DNA of 35,619 nucleotides from Chitinophaga pinensis (GCA_945890595.1 CAMDCQ010000002.1:1-35619); one strand, 5' to 3'. Positions 1-7,122 are shown, counted from the stretch's first letter. The notes: generated by a model not told the origin, from the sequence alone. A program made the numbers and translations.

Positions 1-59
1 AATTGTTTCAGTTGCATTCAAAAGTTCAATTTTTTAAAAGATTCTTTAGCAAAGTATTA

Positions 60-81
60 AGTACTCCCCATTGTTAGGACA
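60..81. repeat. IS3 terminal inverted repeat (orfB-proximal end)
   Basis: AGTACTCCCCATTGTTAGGACA matches the reverse complement of 1261-1282 at 17/22 positions; the outer 11 nt and the inner GGACA are identical. Confidence 0.7.
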
Positions 82-84
82 GAA

Positions 85-954
85 TCAAATGTAGTTATAG
101 TTAACTTTAGTTGGTTTATTTTCTGGTAAATATTTTTCTTTAGGTGTAATATCTCCTATTCTGGTGTGCCTTCTTTCAGAGTTATAAAAGTGTACATACT
201 CTTTGATTATTTGATAGAGTTCCAAGCCTCCGTTAGGAGGGTTTAGATATATCTTCTCTTGTTTCAAAGACCTCCAGAAACGTTCAATATAAATATTGTC
301 TGTTGCCCTGCCTTTACCATCCATTGAGATCTGTATCTCATTGTCCTTGAGTGTATTTAAGTACAACTCACTCGTGTATTGAGACCCTTGGTCTGAGTTA
401 TGTATCTCCGGTTTTCCGTGCTGATTAATCGTGTCGATTAGTAACTCATTGCACCATTCTTTGGTCATAGTATTAGATAAGCTCCAGCCTAAGATCTTTC
501 TGCTGTAGACATCTATTATGGCAGCCATGTACATATGACCTCTAAACATCGGAATGTAGGTTATATCTGTTTGCCATACTTGGTTAGGCCTTTCTATTTT
601 TAGCCCTGTGAGCAAGTAGGGATAGATATAGCTCGCTTTGTCTCTTACGGTAGTTCTTGGCCTAGCGTAAATCGTCCTTAGGTTCATTTGATGATAAAGC
701 CGCCTGACTCGTTTTTCATTTACTAGATAGCCTAAATCCTTGTTCAGGTAGGTAGTCATTCGTGATACTCCATAGTAGGGATGATCTAAGAAACATTTGT
801 CGATTGCTTGCATCAATCGTTCGTTAAGTGCACTCGCTTTCTTAGGCTTATAATAAATACCAGAACGGCTTATACTCATAAGCTTACAACGCTCATCAAG
901 AGGAAGTCTTGAACGAGTCTGCATAGCACGTTGTCTTTTCTCTGCTAAACTCAT
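85..954 (-). CDS. IS3-family transposase OrfB (DDE integrase core)
   Basis: The 289-aa ORF shows rve-type motifs: WQTDITYI (first Asp), HNSDQGSQYTS (second Asp) and IERFWRSLKQE (Glu). Its ATG overlaps the orfA stop (ATGA). It is probably also expressed as an OrfAB fusion by -1 frameshifting. Confidence 0.9.
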   Translation of the reverse strand: MSLAEKRQRAMQTRSRLPLDERCKLMSISRSGIYYKPKKASALNERLMQAIDKCFLDHPYYGVSRMTTYLNKDLGYLVNEKRVRRLYHQMNLRTIYARPRTTVRDKASYIYPYLLTGLKIERPNQVWQTDITYIPMFRGHMYMAAIIDVYSRKILGWSLSNTMTKEWCNELLIDTINQHGKPEIHNSDQGSQYTSELYLNTLKDNEIQISMDGKGRATDNIYIERFWRSLKQEKIYLNPPNGGLELYQIIKEYVHFYNSERRHTRIGDITPKEKYLPENKPTKVNYNYI

Positions 955-1229
955 TTGTCCAAGACTTTCTTTAAAAAATCAATCTGCATCTGCATATGAC
1001 CTATCTTGTTGTACAACTGTTCGGTGCCAGCTTCCTCCTTTTTGTTAGAAGTTTTAGCTTCAAATACTTCGGATGCATTTGCTAAAAACTCCTTCTTCCA
1101 GTTTACTACCTGACTACTGTGTAAATCGTACTTACTAGCCAAATCTTGTAAAGTCTGCCTCTCTTTAAGGGCTTCTAAGACTACCTTGGCCTTAAACCCT
1201 GAACTGAATTTTCTTCTCTTTTTGCTCAT
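951..1229 (-). CDS. IS3-family transposase OrfA (HTH DNA-binding subunit)
   Basis: The 92-aa ORF starts KRRKFSSGFKAKVVLEALKERQTLQDLASKYDLHSSQVVNWKKEF, the typical IS3 OrfA helix-turn-helix. A leucine-zipper-like C-terminus follows (LYNKIGHMQMQIDFLKKVL). Confidence 0.9.
   Translation of the reverse strand: MSKKRRKFSSGFKAKVVLEALKERQTLQDLASKYDLHSSQVVNWKKEFLANASEVFEAKTSNKKEEAGTEQLYNKIGHMQMQIDFLKKVLDK
972..978 (-). other. Candidate -1 programmed frameshift heptamer (T TTT TTA) linking orfA to orfB
   Basis: The minus strand reads GAT TTT TTA AAG in the orfA frame, which fits the X XXY YYZ pattern. After a -1 slip the orfB frame stays open (FFKESLGQMSLAEK...) with no stop before the orfB ATG. This is inferred from IS3-family biology only. 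Confidence 0.45.
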
Positions 1230-1260
1230 TTAACAATTCAAATGTATTAATCATCTGAAA

Positions 1261-1282
1261 TGTCCTTTTTTTGGGGAGTACT
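1261..1282. repeat. IS3 terminal inverted repeat (orfA-proximal end)
   Basis: The reverse complement is AGTACTCCCCAAAAAAAGGACA, which pairs with 60-81. Confidence 0.7.
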
Positions 1283-1420
1283 ATACTTTCTTCATTAGAT
1301 AAGTACACCTACAGCAATTATAATCTGAGTTGCGTATATTTTAAATAATAAGCTGCTGAGATAGTCTGAAAGTCTTGTTAAATTTGCTTCATATTAGTGA
1401 TAAAATGCTAGTATGTCACT

Positions 1421-1492
1421 GGTTTCATAGTTCAACGGATAGAACGAGCGTTTCCTAAACGCTAAATGAAGGTTCGATTCCTTCTGAGACCA
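1421..1492 (+). tRNA. tRNA-Arg (anticodon CCT)
   Basis: A cloverleaf folds by hand. Acceptor GGTTTCA/TGAGACC has one G-U pair. D stem is GTTC/GAAC with loop AACGGATA. Anticodon stem is AGCGT/ACGCT with loop TTCCTAA (CCT). Variable region is AAAT. T stem is GAAGG/CCTTC with loop TTCGATT. Discriminator is A; CCA is not encoded. Confidence 0.92.
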
Positions 1493-1497
1493 CCCAA

Positions 1498-1535
1498 CGT
1501 AATAGTGGAATTTAGGTTCATTATTACGCTTTTTG
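1498..1535 (+). terminator. Rho-independent terminator after tRNA-Arg
   Basis: A 10-bp stem pairs CGTAATAGTG (1498-1507) with CATTATTACG (1519-1528), including one G-U pair. The loop is 11 nt and is followed by CTTTTTG. Confidence 0.6.
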
Positions 1536-1741
1536 AAGTCATATTGTTTATTTAAAAAGATTTAGTGTAACCTACTAAAAGACAATTATCCCGTTAGTCT
1601 AAAGAATCGAAATAGAGTCTGTGTTCCCTGTTCAGAGCATGGAAAATAGGGTGAAGTTAAGACTAATGAAATCGACTGTATTATGCTCACAAATACCTCA
1701 CAAACGGCTTTAAGGTAAAAATAAAATACTGATATACAATA

Positions 1742-1815
1742 GGTTAAGTGGCTTTATAAACTAAGATTAGAAGTTTCCTAAACTTTACATCCAGGTTGTA
1801 TTCCTAGCGAGGCCA
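1742..1815 (+). pseudogene. Degenerate tRNA-Arg(CCT)-like copy (tRNA pseudogene or relic)
   Basis: The 3-prime 46 nt (1770-1815) align without gaps to tRNA positions 1447-1492 at 32/46. The anticodon loop TTCCTAA is identical. The anticodon stem carries compensatory changes (GAAGT/ACTTT). The D loop lacks GG, the T loop is TTGTATT (no C56), and the acceptor stem has two mismatches. Confidence 0.45.
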
Positions 1816-1876
1816 CTACAGATTGGTGTGTAATCGCTTAACCGCTGCCATTTAACATAGAAATGTGCAATGTTGC

Positions 1877-2158
1877 TTACGTGCCAGATTCATGATTTTT
1901 GGATACCTTTTTGAAGTTAAGTAATGTTTTGATGGTAAATACGTCCCGCTTTATTTCTTCCTTATTTTTTTTATGAAATGGAATGGCTAGTACCTTGCCT
2001 TCTTGAGTAGTAATGTGAACATAATATTTTTCAAATACAATGAAGGATCTTTTGCGAACATATATAGACTTTGTTTGGTTTAAGTCGATATTTTTCAAAT
2101 ACTGGCGTAGTTCTATGATATCCATATTCCACAATGCTGTTTTAATCCGATTTTCCAT
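1877..2158 (-). CDS. Hypothetical small basic protein, paralog of 4930-5193 (partner B1)
   Basis: The 93-aa ORF is 52/83 identical by hand alignment to the 87-aa ORF at 4930-5193 (shared ELRxYLKNIDL...FEKYYV...IPFxKKxKEE.K.DVFTIKTLLNF). Conservation between two copies argues it is a real gene. I recognise no family. Confidence 0.7.
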   Translation of the reverse strand: MENRIKTALWNMDIIELRQYLKNIDLNQTKSIYVRKRSFIVFEKYYVHITTQEGKVLAIPFHKKNKEEIKRDVFTIKTLLNFKKVSKNHESGT

Positions 2159-2623
2159 CTAAGTGATTGTTTTACGATGCAATGGTCTTTTATGCAGGCG
2201 TAAAATTTCAAAAATCTCCACGAAATAACATTTTATGGTATCTTAAGGAAATAGTTAAAACGCGGATAGAGTCACGAGGACCCCTATTTTGTTGAGATAA
2301 GCAACAATTAAACGTATTAAACAGTGCTAATTACTTAGTTTCTGGGTGTCTTTGACGTTTGGTTTTTAGGGTGTTACCAACTAACCTAAACGAATAAAAG
2401 AATTTAAGGAATATGTAGTTTCTTACTTATTTGTTAAACAAATCGTCTAAGAAATACCTTATTTGTAATGATTTGGTAAACAGCGATATTCACCCTAAAC
2501 TTTCTCAAGATACGCGATTGCTCAGAATGCAAGTTTTGCAGCGTAGTGTGTTAAAAATTTACGTCACTTTGGTCCATAATTATCAGTTTGTAATGAAATT
2601 TTCACCTAGTTATTTATAGCGAT

Positions 2624-3721
2624 ATGATTACGTCATCAGAAGATATTCTATTAATTTTGGTCGGTTTTTTACAATTGGTAGTAGCTATTATACTTCTGCT
2701 ATCTTACAAGTCTAACAAATACGTTAATATTTTTCTAGTTCTACTTCTATTGAATGGAGCTGCGAGAGCCTTGTACGGTGGTTTTATGAGTGAGGTATCA
2801 AACACGTTTATAAACCATGATTTTAGCTGGATAAGGCTTTTGCTAGTGCTCACCGCTCCGAACTCGTATTTGTATTTTAAAACGTTAATTAGTGACGAAA
2901 ATCGGTTGAGTCCAAGATTACTCTTCCATTTAATATTCCCTGTTTTATGGACAATTCTGGTCTATGTACAAACTCATTATGGGTTTGTAACGTATGACGC
3001 TTGGCATTCGATACGTAGCATAACTGTTGTAACCTACGTATTTTTTTATTTGGTATTAACACTGCTCATAATTAAGGATTTCTATAAAAACCGTAATCTG
3101 GATTTAAAAAGGGCTAAGCATTTTAATTCTATCAAGAGATGGGTTACTACTCTTCTATTCTTTATTATTTTGGTCAATCTGAGAGCGTTAGTACATTTTG
3201 TATTTGATATTGAAGACCATGGAGGACTTTTTGCAAATGTGTCATCAATACTGAAATTGGTGTTCGTCTTTTTAATCATCTTTAAAATTCTTATCAGTCC
3301 CGAAATACTCTTTGGGTATTCAAAATTGAAAAAAGCGGTTAATAGCGATTCTGAGGGCGAAGTAGGATCAATGTCGTCTGTAGAAAATAAAATTCTAGAA
3401 ATTAATAGTAAATATTATTTGAGAGATAAGCCTATCGAGGATTATTTTGAAGGCAAAACATTGGAATGTCTGTTGTTTCTATTAACTCATAATAGTGAAT
3501 TTGTTCTTGTCAGCAGTTTGGATGATCTATTTGAGTCTGAATACAAAGCTAGCCTTCCAACGTTGAAAAAACGAAGGGAGCAAAGCCTTAAAGAAATTAG
3601 ATTCTTACTCTCATTTAGGTTATACGTTCCAGTTGATTCTATTTTTATAGAAACCCGAGATGAAGTTGATAAGAGAATTAAAATGATAAAATTTAATCCT
3701 GAGTTGCTAAAGTTAGAGTAA
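2624..3721 (+). CDS. 7-TM membrane protein with C-terminal winged-helix-like (OmpR/ToxR-type) domain (regulator A1)
   Basis: The 365-aa ORF has about seven hydrophobic segments in residues 8-224. Residues ~264-365 form the domain shared with 4139-4906 and 5834-6640 (..PIEDYFEGKTLECLLFLL..LDDLF..LPTLKKRREQSLKEI..IFIETRDEVDKRIKMIKFN). Confidence 0.8.
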   Translation: MITSSEDILLILVGFLQLVVAIILLLSYKSNKYVNIFLVLLLLNGAARALYGGFMSEVSNTFINHDFSWIRLLLVLTAPNSYLYFKTLISDENRLSPRLLFHLIFPVLWTILVYVQTHYGFVTYDAWHSIRSITVVTYVFFYLVLTLLIIKDFYKNRNLDLKRAKHFNSIKRWVTTLLFFIILVNLRALVHFVFDIEDHGGLFANVSSILKLVFVFLIIFKILISPEILFGYSKLKKAVNSDSEGEVGSMSSVENKILEINSKYYLRDKPIEDYFEGKTLECLLFLLTHNSEFVLVSSLDDLFESEYKASLPTLKKRREQSLKEIRFLLSFRLYVPVDSIFIETRDEVDKRIKMIKFNPELLKLE

Positions 3722-3951
3722 AACAGCCCAATAGAGTAAAGGTTATTGCGTATGAAGGTCTACATGTTATCACCCGGTTTTCGTTTAGTTAAGTTTCCAA
3801 TTGTATGCAACGAAATAAGGTTAACAGGCCTATTTCCAGCTTGTTAGGTAAGAAGTAATTTGGGTATATAAGTTATGTGGGCTTACAGTGGTCTGCGCAT
3901 TTCTCTTTTCAGATTAGTTATGCCATATCTAAATAATGGTAATTTACTGTG

Positions 3952-4266
3952 ATGATTGGTGGCATAAAATCAAAGTTAATTCCTGAAAAGCGGCAGGCAT
4001 TGAGGTCACATTATCGAACTCTTTCCATTGTTTTTATACTATTTCTTTCGGGGATAGGCAAAGCACAAACGCCACAAATTGCGGTCTCGTTAAAGACCTT
4101 AAGTGTACTAAGCAAATACGACAATACTTTTATGGTTTTTGATGAACCCACTTATTATTGGACCAAAGGGGCTACGGATAAGCGTTGGAAAAAGAACAAC
4201 TATGAATTTAGCTCGTCTGAAATATCGTTTGATAATTTTTCAACATCCTTATATTCTGAGAATTAA
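3952..4266 (+). CDS. N-terminal fragment (signal peptide + start of periplasmic domain) of a probably frameshift-disrupted regulator paralog (A2)
   Basis: The ORF has a signal-like segment (LSIVFILFLSGIGKAQ) analogous to the N-terminus of 5834-6640. It overlaps the +1-shifted ORF 4139-4906, which supplies the missing TM and winged-helix part. ATG is at 3952; the track starts at GTG 3949. Confidence 0.5.
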   Translation: MIGGIKSKLIPEKRQALRSHYRTLSIVFILFLSGIGKAQTPQIAVSLKTLSVLSKYDNTFMVFDEPTYYWTKGATDKRWKKNNYEFSSSEISFDNFSTSLYSEN

Positions 4267-4906
4267 TCCAACAGAGAATATCGTTAAGCGGTACTTTAAT
4301 CAGGATATTAGTGTGCATACCTTGGGACAATTTGATACATCGCAGAGTTACATTCTATTGAGTGATGAAATAGACCACAGTACCATGTTTTATTTGGTTA
4401 AGACGGAGGATGTACTTCATACCTATGTAGATGAAATGAATCTTTACACAGTACAATCAAACATGTGGTGTTTTGTGCTTTTAGGTCTTTTCTCGTTGAG
4501 TGCGGGATACCTAGTATACCGAGGTAAAGTGATTCGAGCACGTCTCCCTAGCGCAAAAAATGCTGTGCATATCACACAAAGCCACGGTTCGTTTTATATC
4601 AATAGACGGCCTTTGGAAGAATACTTCGATGGTTACGCGTTAATCCTGCTTCTTGCATTTTTAAATCGACCAGACGAGAATATTAGCTTGCAAGAGCTCG
4701 ATGATCTATGCAACCCTAAAAGAACTGCCAGTGGTGTGTCTTTGAAAAAACGGAGCGAACATGCATTGCTAACTATAAACGAAAAACTAGCTATCAACCT
4801 TAATTGTGACCCATCGAGTATATTTACAGAAAAGAGGGATATAACAGACAAGCGTCTTAAAATAATAAAGCTAAATACCTCAGAAATACTCCGAGTTCAA
4901 AACTAA
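4139..4906 (+). CDS. C-terminal fragment (periplasmic part, single TM, winged-helix-like domain) of regulator paralog A2; true start unclear
   Basis: It contains a TM helix (MWCFVLLGLFSLSAGYLVY) followed by basic residues, then the shared C-terminal domain (RPLEEYFDGYALILLLAFL..LDDLC..SLKKRSEHALLTI..IFTEKRDITDKRLKIIKLN). It has no signal peptide of its own. Confidence 0.6.
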   Translation: MMNPLIIGPKGLRISVGKRTTMNLARLKYRLIIFQHPYILRINPTENIVKRYFNQDISVHTLGQFDTSQSYILLSDEIDHSTMFYLVKTEDVLHTYVDEMNLYTVQSNMWCFVLLGLFSLSAGYLVYRGKVIRARLPSAKNAVHITQSHGSFYINRRPLEEYFDGYALILLLAFLNRPDENISLQELDDLCNPKRTASGVSLKKRSEHALLTINEKLAINLNCDPSSIFTEKRDITDKRLKIIKLNTSEILRVQN

Positions 4907-4929
4907 TAGTTTAGTTGACGTGATGGATG

Positions 4930-5193
4930 TTACGAAGAAGTGCTCCTGAAATTGAGCAAGGTTTTTATAGTAAAAACATCTTTTTTAACCTCCTCTTTGT
5001 GCTTTTTTCGAAAGGGGATACTCCTTACATTTCCATCGTTATCACAAATATTTACGTAATACTTTTCAAATAAAAAGAAGTTTCTTTTGTGGACATAGAT
5101 ATACTTAAGTTCCTTTAAGTCAATGTTTTTTAAATAATTCCGTAATTCCGTTATCTCCATTCTTTGTAGGTCTGTTTTAGTCTGATGTGTCAT
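4930..5193 (-). CDS. Hypothetical small basic protein, paralog of 1877-2158 (partner B2)
   Basis: The 87-aa ORF is about 63 percent identical to B1. It is convergent with A2 (23-bp gap) and divergent from A3 across 640 bp. Confidence 0.7.
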   Translation of the reverse strand: MTHQTKTDLQRMEITELRNYLKNIDLKELKYIYVHKRNFFLFEKYYVNICDNDGNVRSIPFRKKHKEEVKKDVFTIKTLLNFRSTSS

Positions 5194-5833
5194 GAAATTA
5201 ATAATTAGTTTTTGAGAGGTTTTTGAGTGCTACATTATTTTCATCCAGAAACCATTTCTGTATACTTTTACAAAGCCAGTTAATTACAAAGCGTTTGAAG
5301 AGAAAACTGACGGGTGCCCCACAATAAGCCTTTGGAAGTGGTTTGAGTTTCATAGTCGTTGTACTTCAATTTTATGTCAAATTTTGTCAAAGTCATGAAA
5401 CTGCACTATAATTTTGATAGATATTGAAGTGTAATGAGGTTTCACGTAATTTTTGTCGCTGTACTTACGGACATAAATTGGATTTAATATAAAATAAAGT
5501 GAATGTCAATTCTATGTTTAGCAACGGTTTACCATTTAAAATTACATGTCCTCAGTTTTATCTTGCTCTAGTATGGTTATGTGTTGGTTTTCAGGAGTAT
5601 TTATTATTGTTTAATGTAATATTAGTGATGTTTTTTTGGTTTGCGGTGTAGAAAATCAATGTTAACGTACCCTATAGTTGCTACCTTATTCTTATAAATG
5701 CGGTGTAGTATTGGTGCCAAGTTTTGGTAAAAAATTAAACAAAACCTTCCCATTAAGCGCTAGTATCAAGCTGCGACATAAAATAGTAGCATAGAATAGG
5801 GTAAAATGCATAGATTTGTCATATTCTAGAACT

Positions 5834-6640
5834 ATGAAACTCAGAGCGCGAAACTTTGAAAAAAAAGTAGCATTAAGTGCTATTGTCTTGTTGCTTAGCA
5901 CTTTATGTGTAGCCCAACGTATCGTCATTCATAAAGATTTAATTGACAAAGAATTAGTAGACGATATTAGGTTAGATACTATGGATGCAGTGGTCTATTT
6001 TGAAGATAACCAAGTGAATATTCGTATGACTCCCAGAACAAACCAGCTGGGTAGTGCTCGACGAACGGAAATCTCTACCCTAATACAAAAAAAGGATGTA
6101 AAAACCGATAATGATTCATTATCCATGGTGGTACGGAGTAATGCAGCAGTAATACAGTCTATAAAGAATAGCTCCTTTTATCGCCACAGCGATTATTGGT
6201 TTCTATTGGGTTTTATTTTATTAATCACCACGGTGAGCAGCATTATGTTATACCGAAGAATTACGAGAATTGTACTTAGGGGAAAAAAAACGGAAAGCCA
6301 CATACATCAATATGGAGATAAATATTTTATTGGTAAAAGTCCTATTGAAGAGTTTTTTGTAGGAAAGGAATTAACGTTAATACTACAATTACTCAAAAAT
6401 TCTGAGAAGTACATACCTCTTCAAGATTTGGATGATATCTTTTTGTCAAACGATAAAGTGAGCCCCACAACCTTAAAAAAACGCCGAGAGATTAGTTTGT
6501 TGAACATAATCAGGACACTCGGAATCGTATTTGATCTGCCCCCAGAAAGAATATTCATGATTCGTCGCGATGAAGATGACCAAAGAATTAAATTGATCAA
6601 GTTTAATGCGGAGGAATTATTAAAAGTGAAAAAGCTTTAA
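5834..6640 (+). CDS. Single-pass membrane protein: signal peptide, periplasmic domain, TM, C-terminal winged-helix-like domain (regulator A3)
   Basis: ATG at 5834 gives MKLRARNFEKKVALSAIVLLLSTLCVAQ, a signal peptide; the track start TTG 5816 is less likely. The TM is YWFLLGFILLITTVSSIMLY, followed by RRITR. The C-terminal domain is 44/97 identical to that of A1 by ungapped hand alignment. Confidence 0.8.
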   Translation: MKLRARNFEKKVALSAIVLLLSTLCVAQRIVIHKDLIDKELVDDIRLDTMDAVVYFEDNQVNIRMTPRTNQLGSARRTEISTLIQKKDVKTDNDSLSMVVRSNAAVIQSIKNSSFYRHSDYWFLLGFILLITTVSSIMLYRRITRIVLRGKKTESHIHQYGDKYFIGKSPIEEFFVGKELTLILQLLKNSEKYIPLQDLDDIFLSNDKVSPTTLKKRREISLLNIIRTLGIVFDLPPERIFMIRRDEDDQRIKLIKFNAEELLKVKKL

Positions 6641-6939
6641 AGAAAAATAATGGACATGCATTTATACTTATACTTCTAAAGGAGAATCGTTACACGCTTG
6701 AGCATTAGTCTATATTCCTTGAGTAGGTTTGGATTACATCGTAATTGCATTGCTTCTTCTAAAATCATTTCAAGAATGTATAGGATATTGCATATTATTC
6801 AATCTCACTCGTTTGGTTATTTACGATAATTGGTTTAGATGAAAAGAACGGTGGTGGTGGACGTAAATAGTAATCTAATATCTAGTTGATACGTAGTAAA
6901 GTTTTGTGCAAAAAGTTAAATCTTAACTCGGTTTGAGCG

Positions 6940-7122
6940 CTACTCGGCAGTCACCGGAAAAGTGGCTTGGTCTCTGTATGGCCAAACACCTAGATAGATA
7001 TAATAAGCAAGGTAAGCTACAATAAATAGACAAGCGGTAGCGTAAAGTAGCAACTCAAGCTTCCGAATGGTATCTGAGTGGCATAAAGACCATTTCCGAA
7101 AAAGTGAAATAAACGTTTTCAT
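6940..7122 (-). CDS. Hypothetical small membrane protein (one TM)
   Basis: The 60-aa ORF has one clear hydrophobic helix (LLLYATACLFIVAYLAYYIYLGVW). It lies 139 bp downstream of, and on the same strand as, 7262-7606. There is no other support. Confidence 0.35.
   Translation of the reverse strand: MKTFISLFRKWSLCHSDTIRKLELLLYATACLFIVAYLAYYIYLGVWPYRDQATFPVTAE

Larger units (their letters stand above)
60..1282 (-). mobile_element. IS3-family insertion sequence (orfA + orfB, terminal inverted repeats)
   Basis: Two overlapping minus-strand ORFs have the IS3 layout: a 92-aa HTH OrfA and a 289-aa DDE/rve OrfB. They are bounded by imperfect terminal inverted repeats, AGTACTCCCCATTGTTAGGACA (60-81) versus the reverse complement of 1261-1282, AGTACTCCCCAAAAAAAGGACA (17/22 identical by hand). 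Ends are good to a few bp. No clean target-site duplication was seen. Confidence 0.85.

Noticed and set aside
1639-1713. 24-aa ORF MENRVKLRLMKSTVLCSQIPHKRL, which shares the first 9 nt (ATGGAAAAT) with the start of B1
   Set aside because: The similarity is limited to three codons, and the ORF is very short with no further match. This is most likely coincidence in AT-rich DNA.
2431-2619. 62-aa plus-strand ORF filling the end of the B1-A1 spacer, ending 4 nt before the A1 start
   Set aside because: It uses a TTG start and has low-complexity AT-driven composition. It has no paralog in the equivalent B2-A3 spacer, although every real gene of the module is duplicated. I treat it as non-coding promoter or leader DNA.
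3082-4851. Antisense ORFs inside the regulator genes (3082-3279 and 4633-4851, minus strand)
   Set aside because: They are fully embedded opposite ORFs supported by paralogy. They are typical shadow ORFs in AT-rich DNA.
5692-5928. 78-aa minus-strand ORF overlapping the start of regulator A3
   Set aside because: It is antisense to the signal-peptide region of a well-supported gene, has odd composition and no motif.
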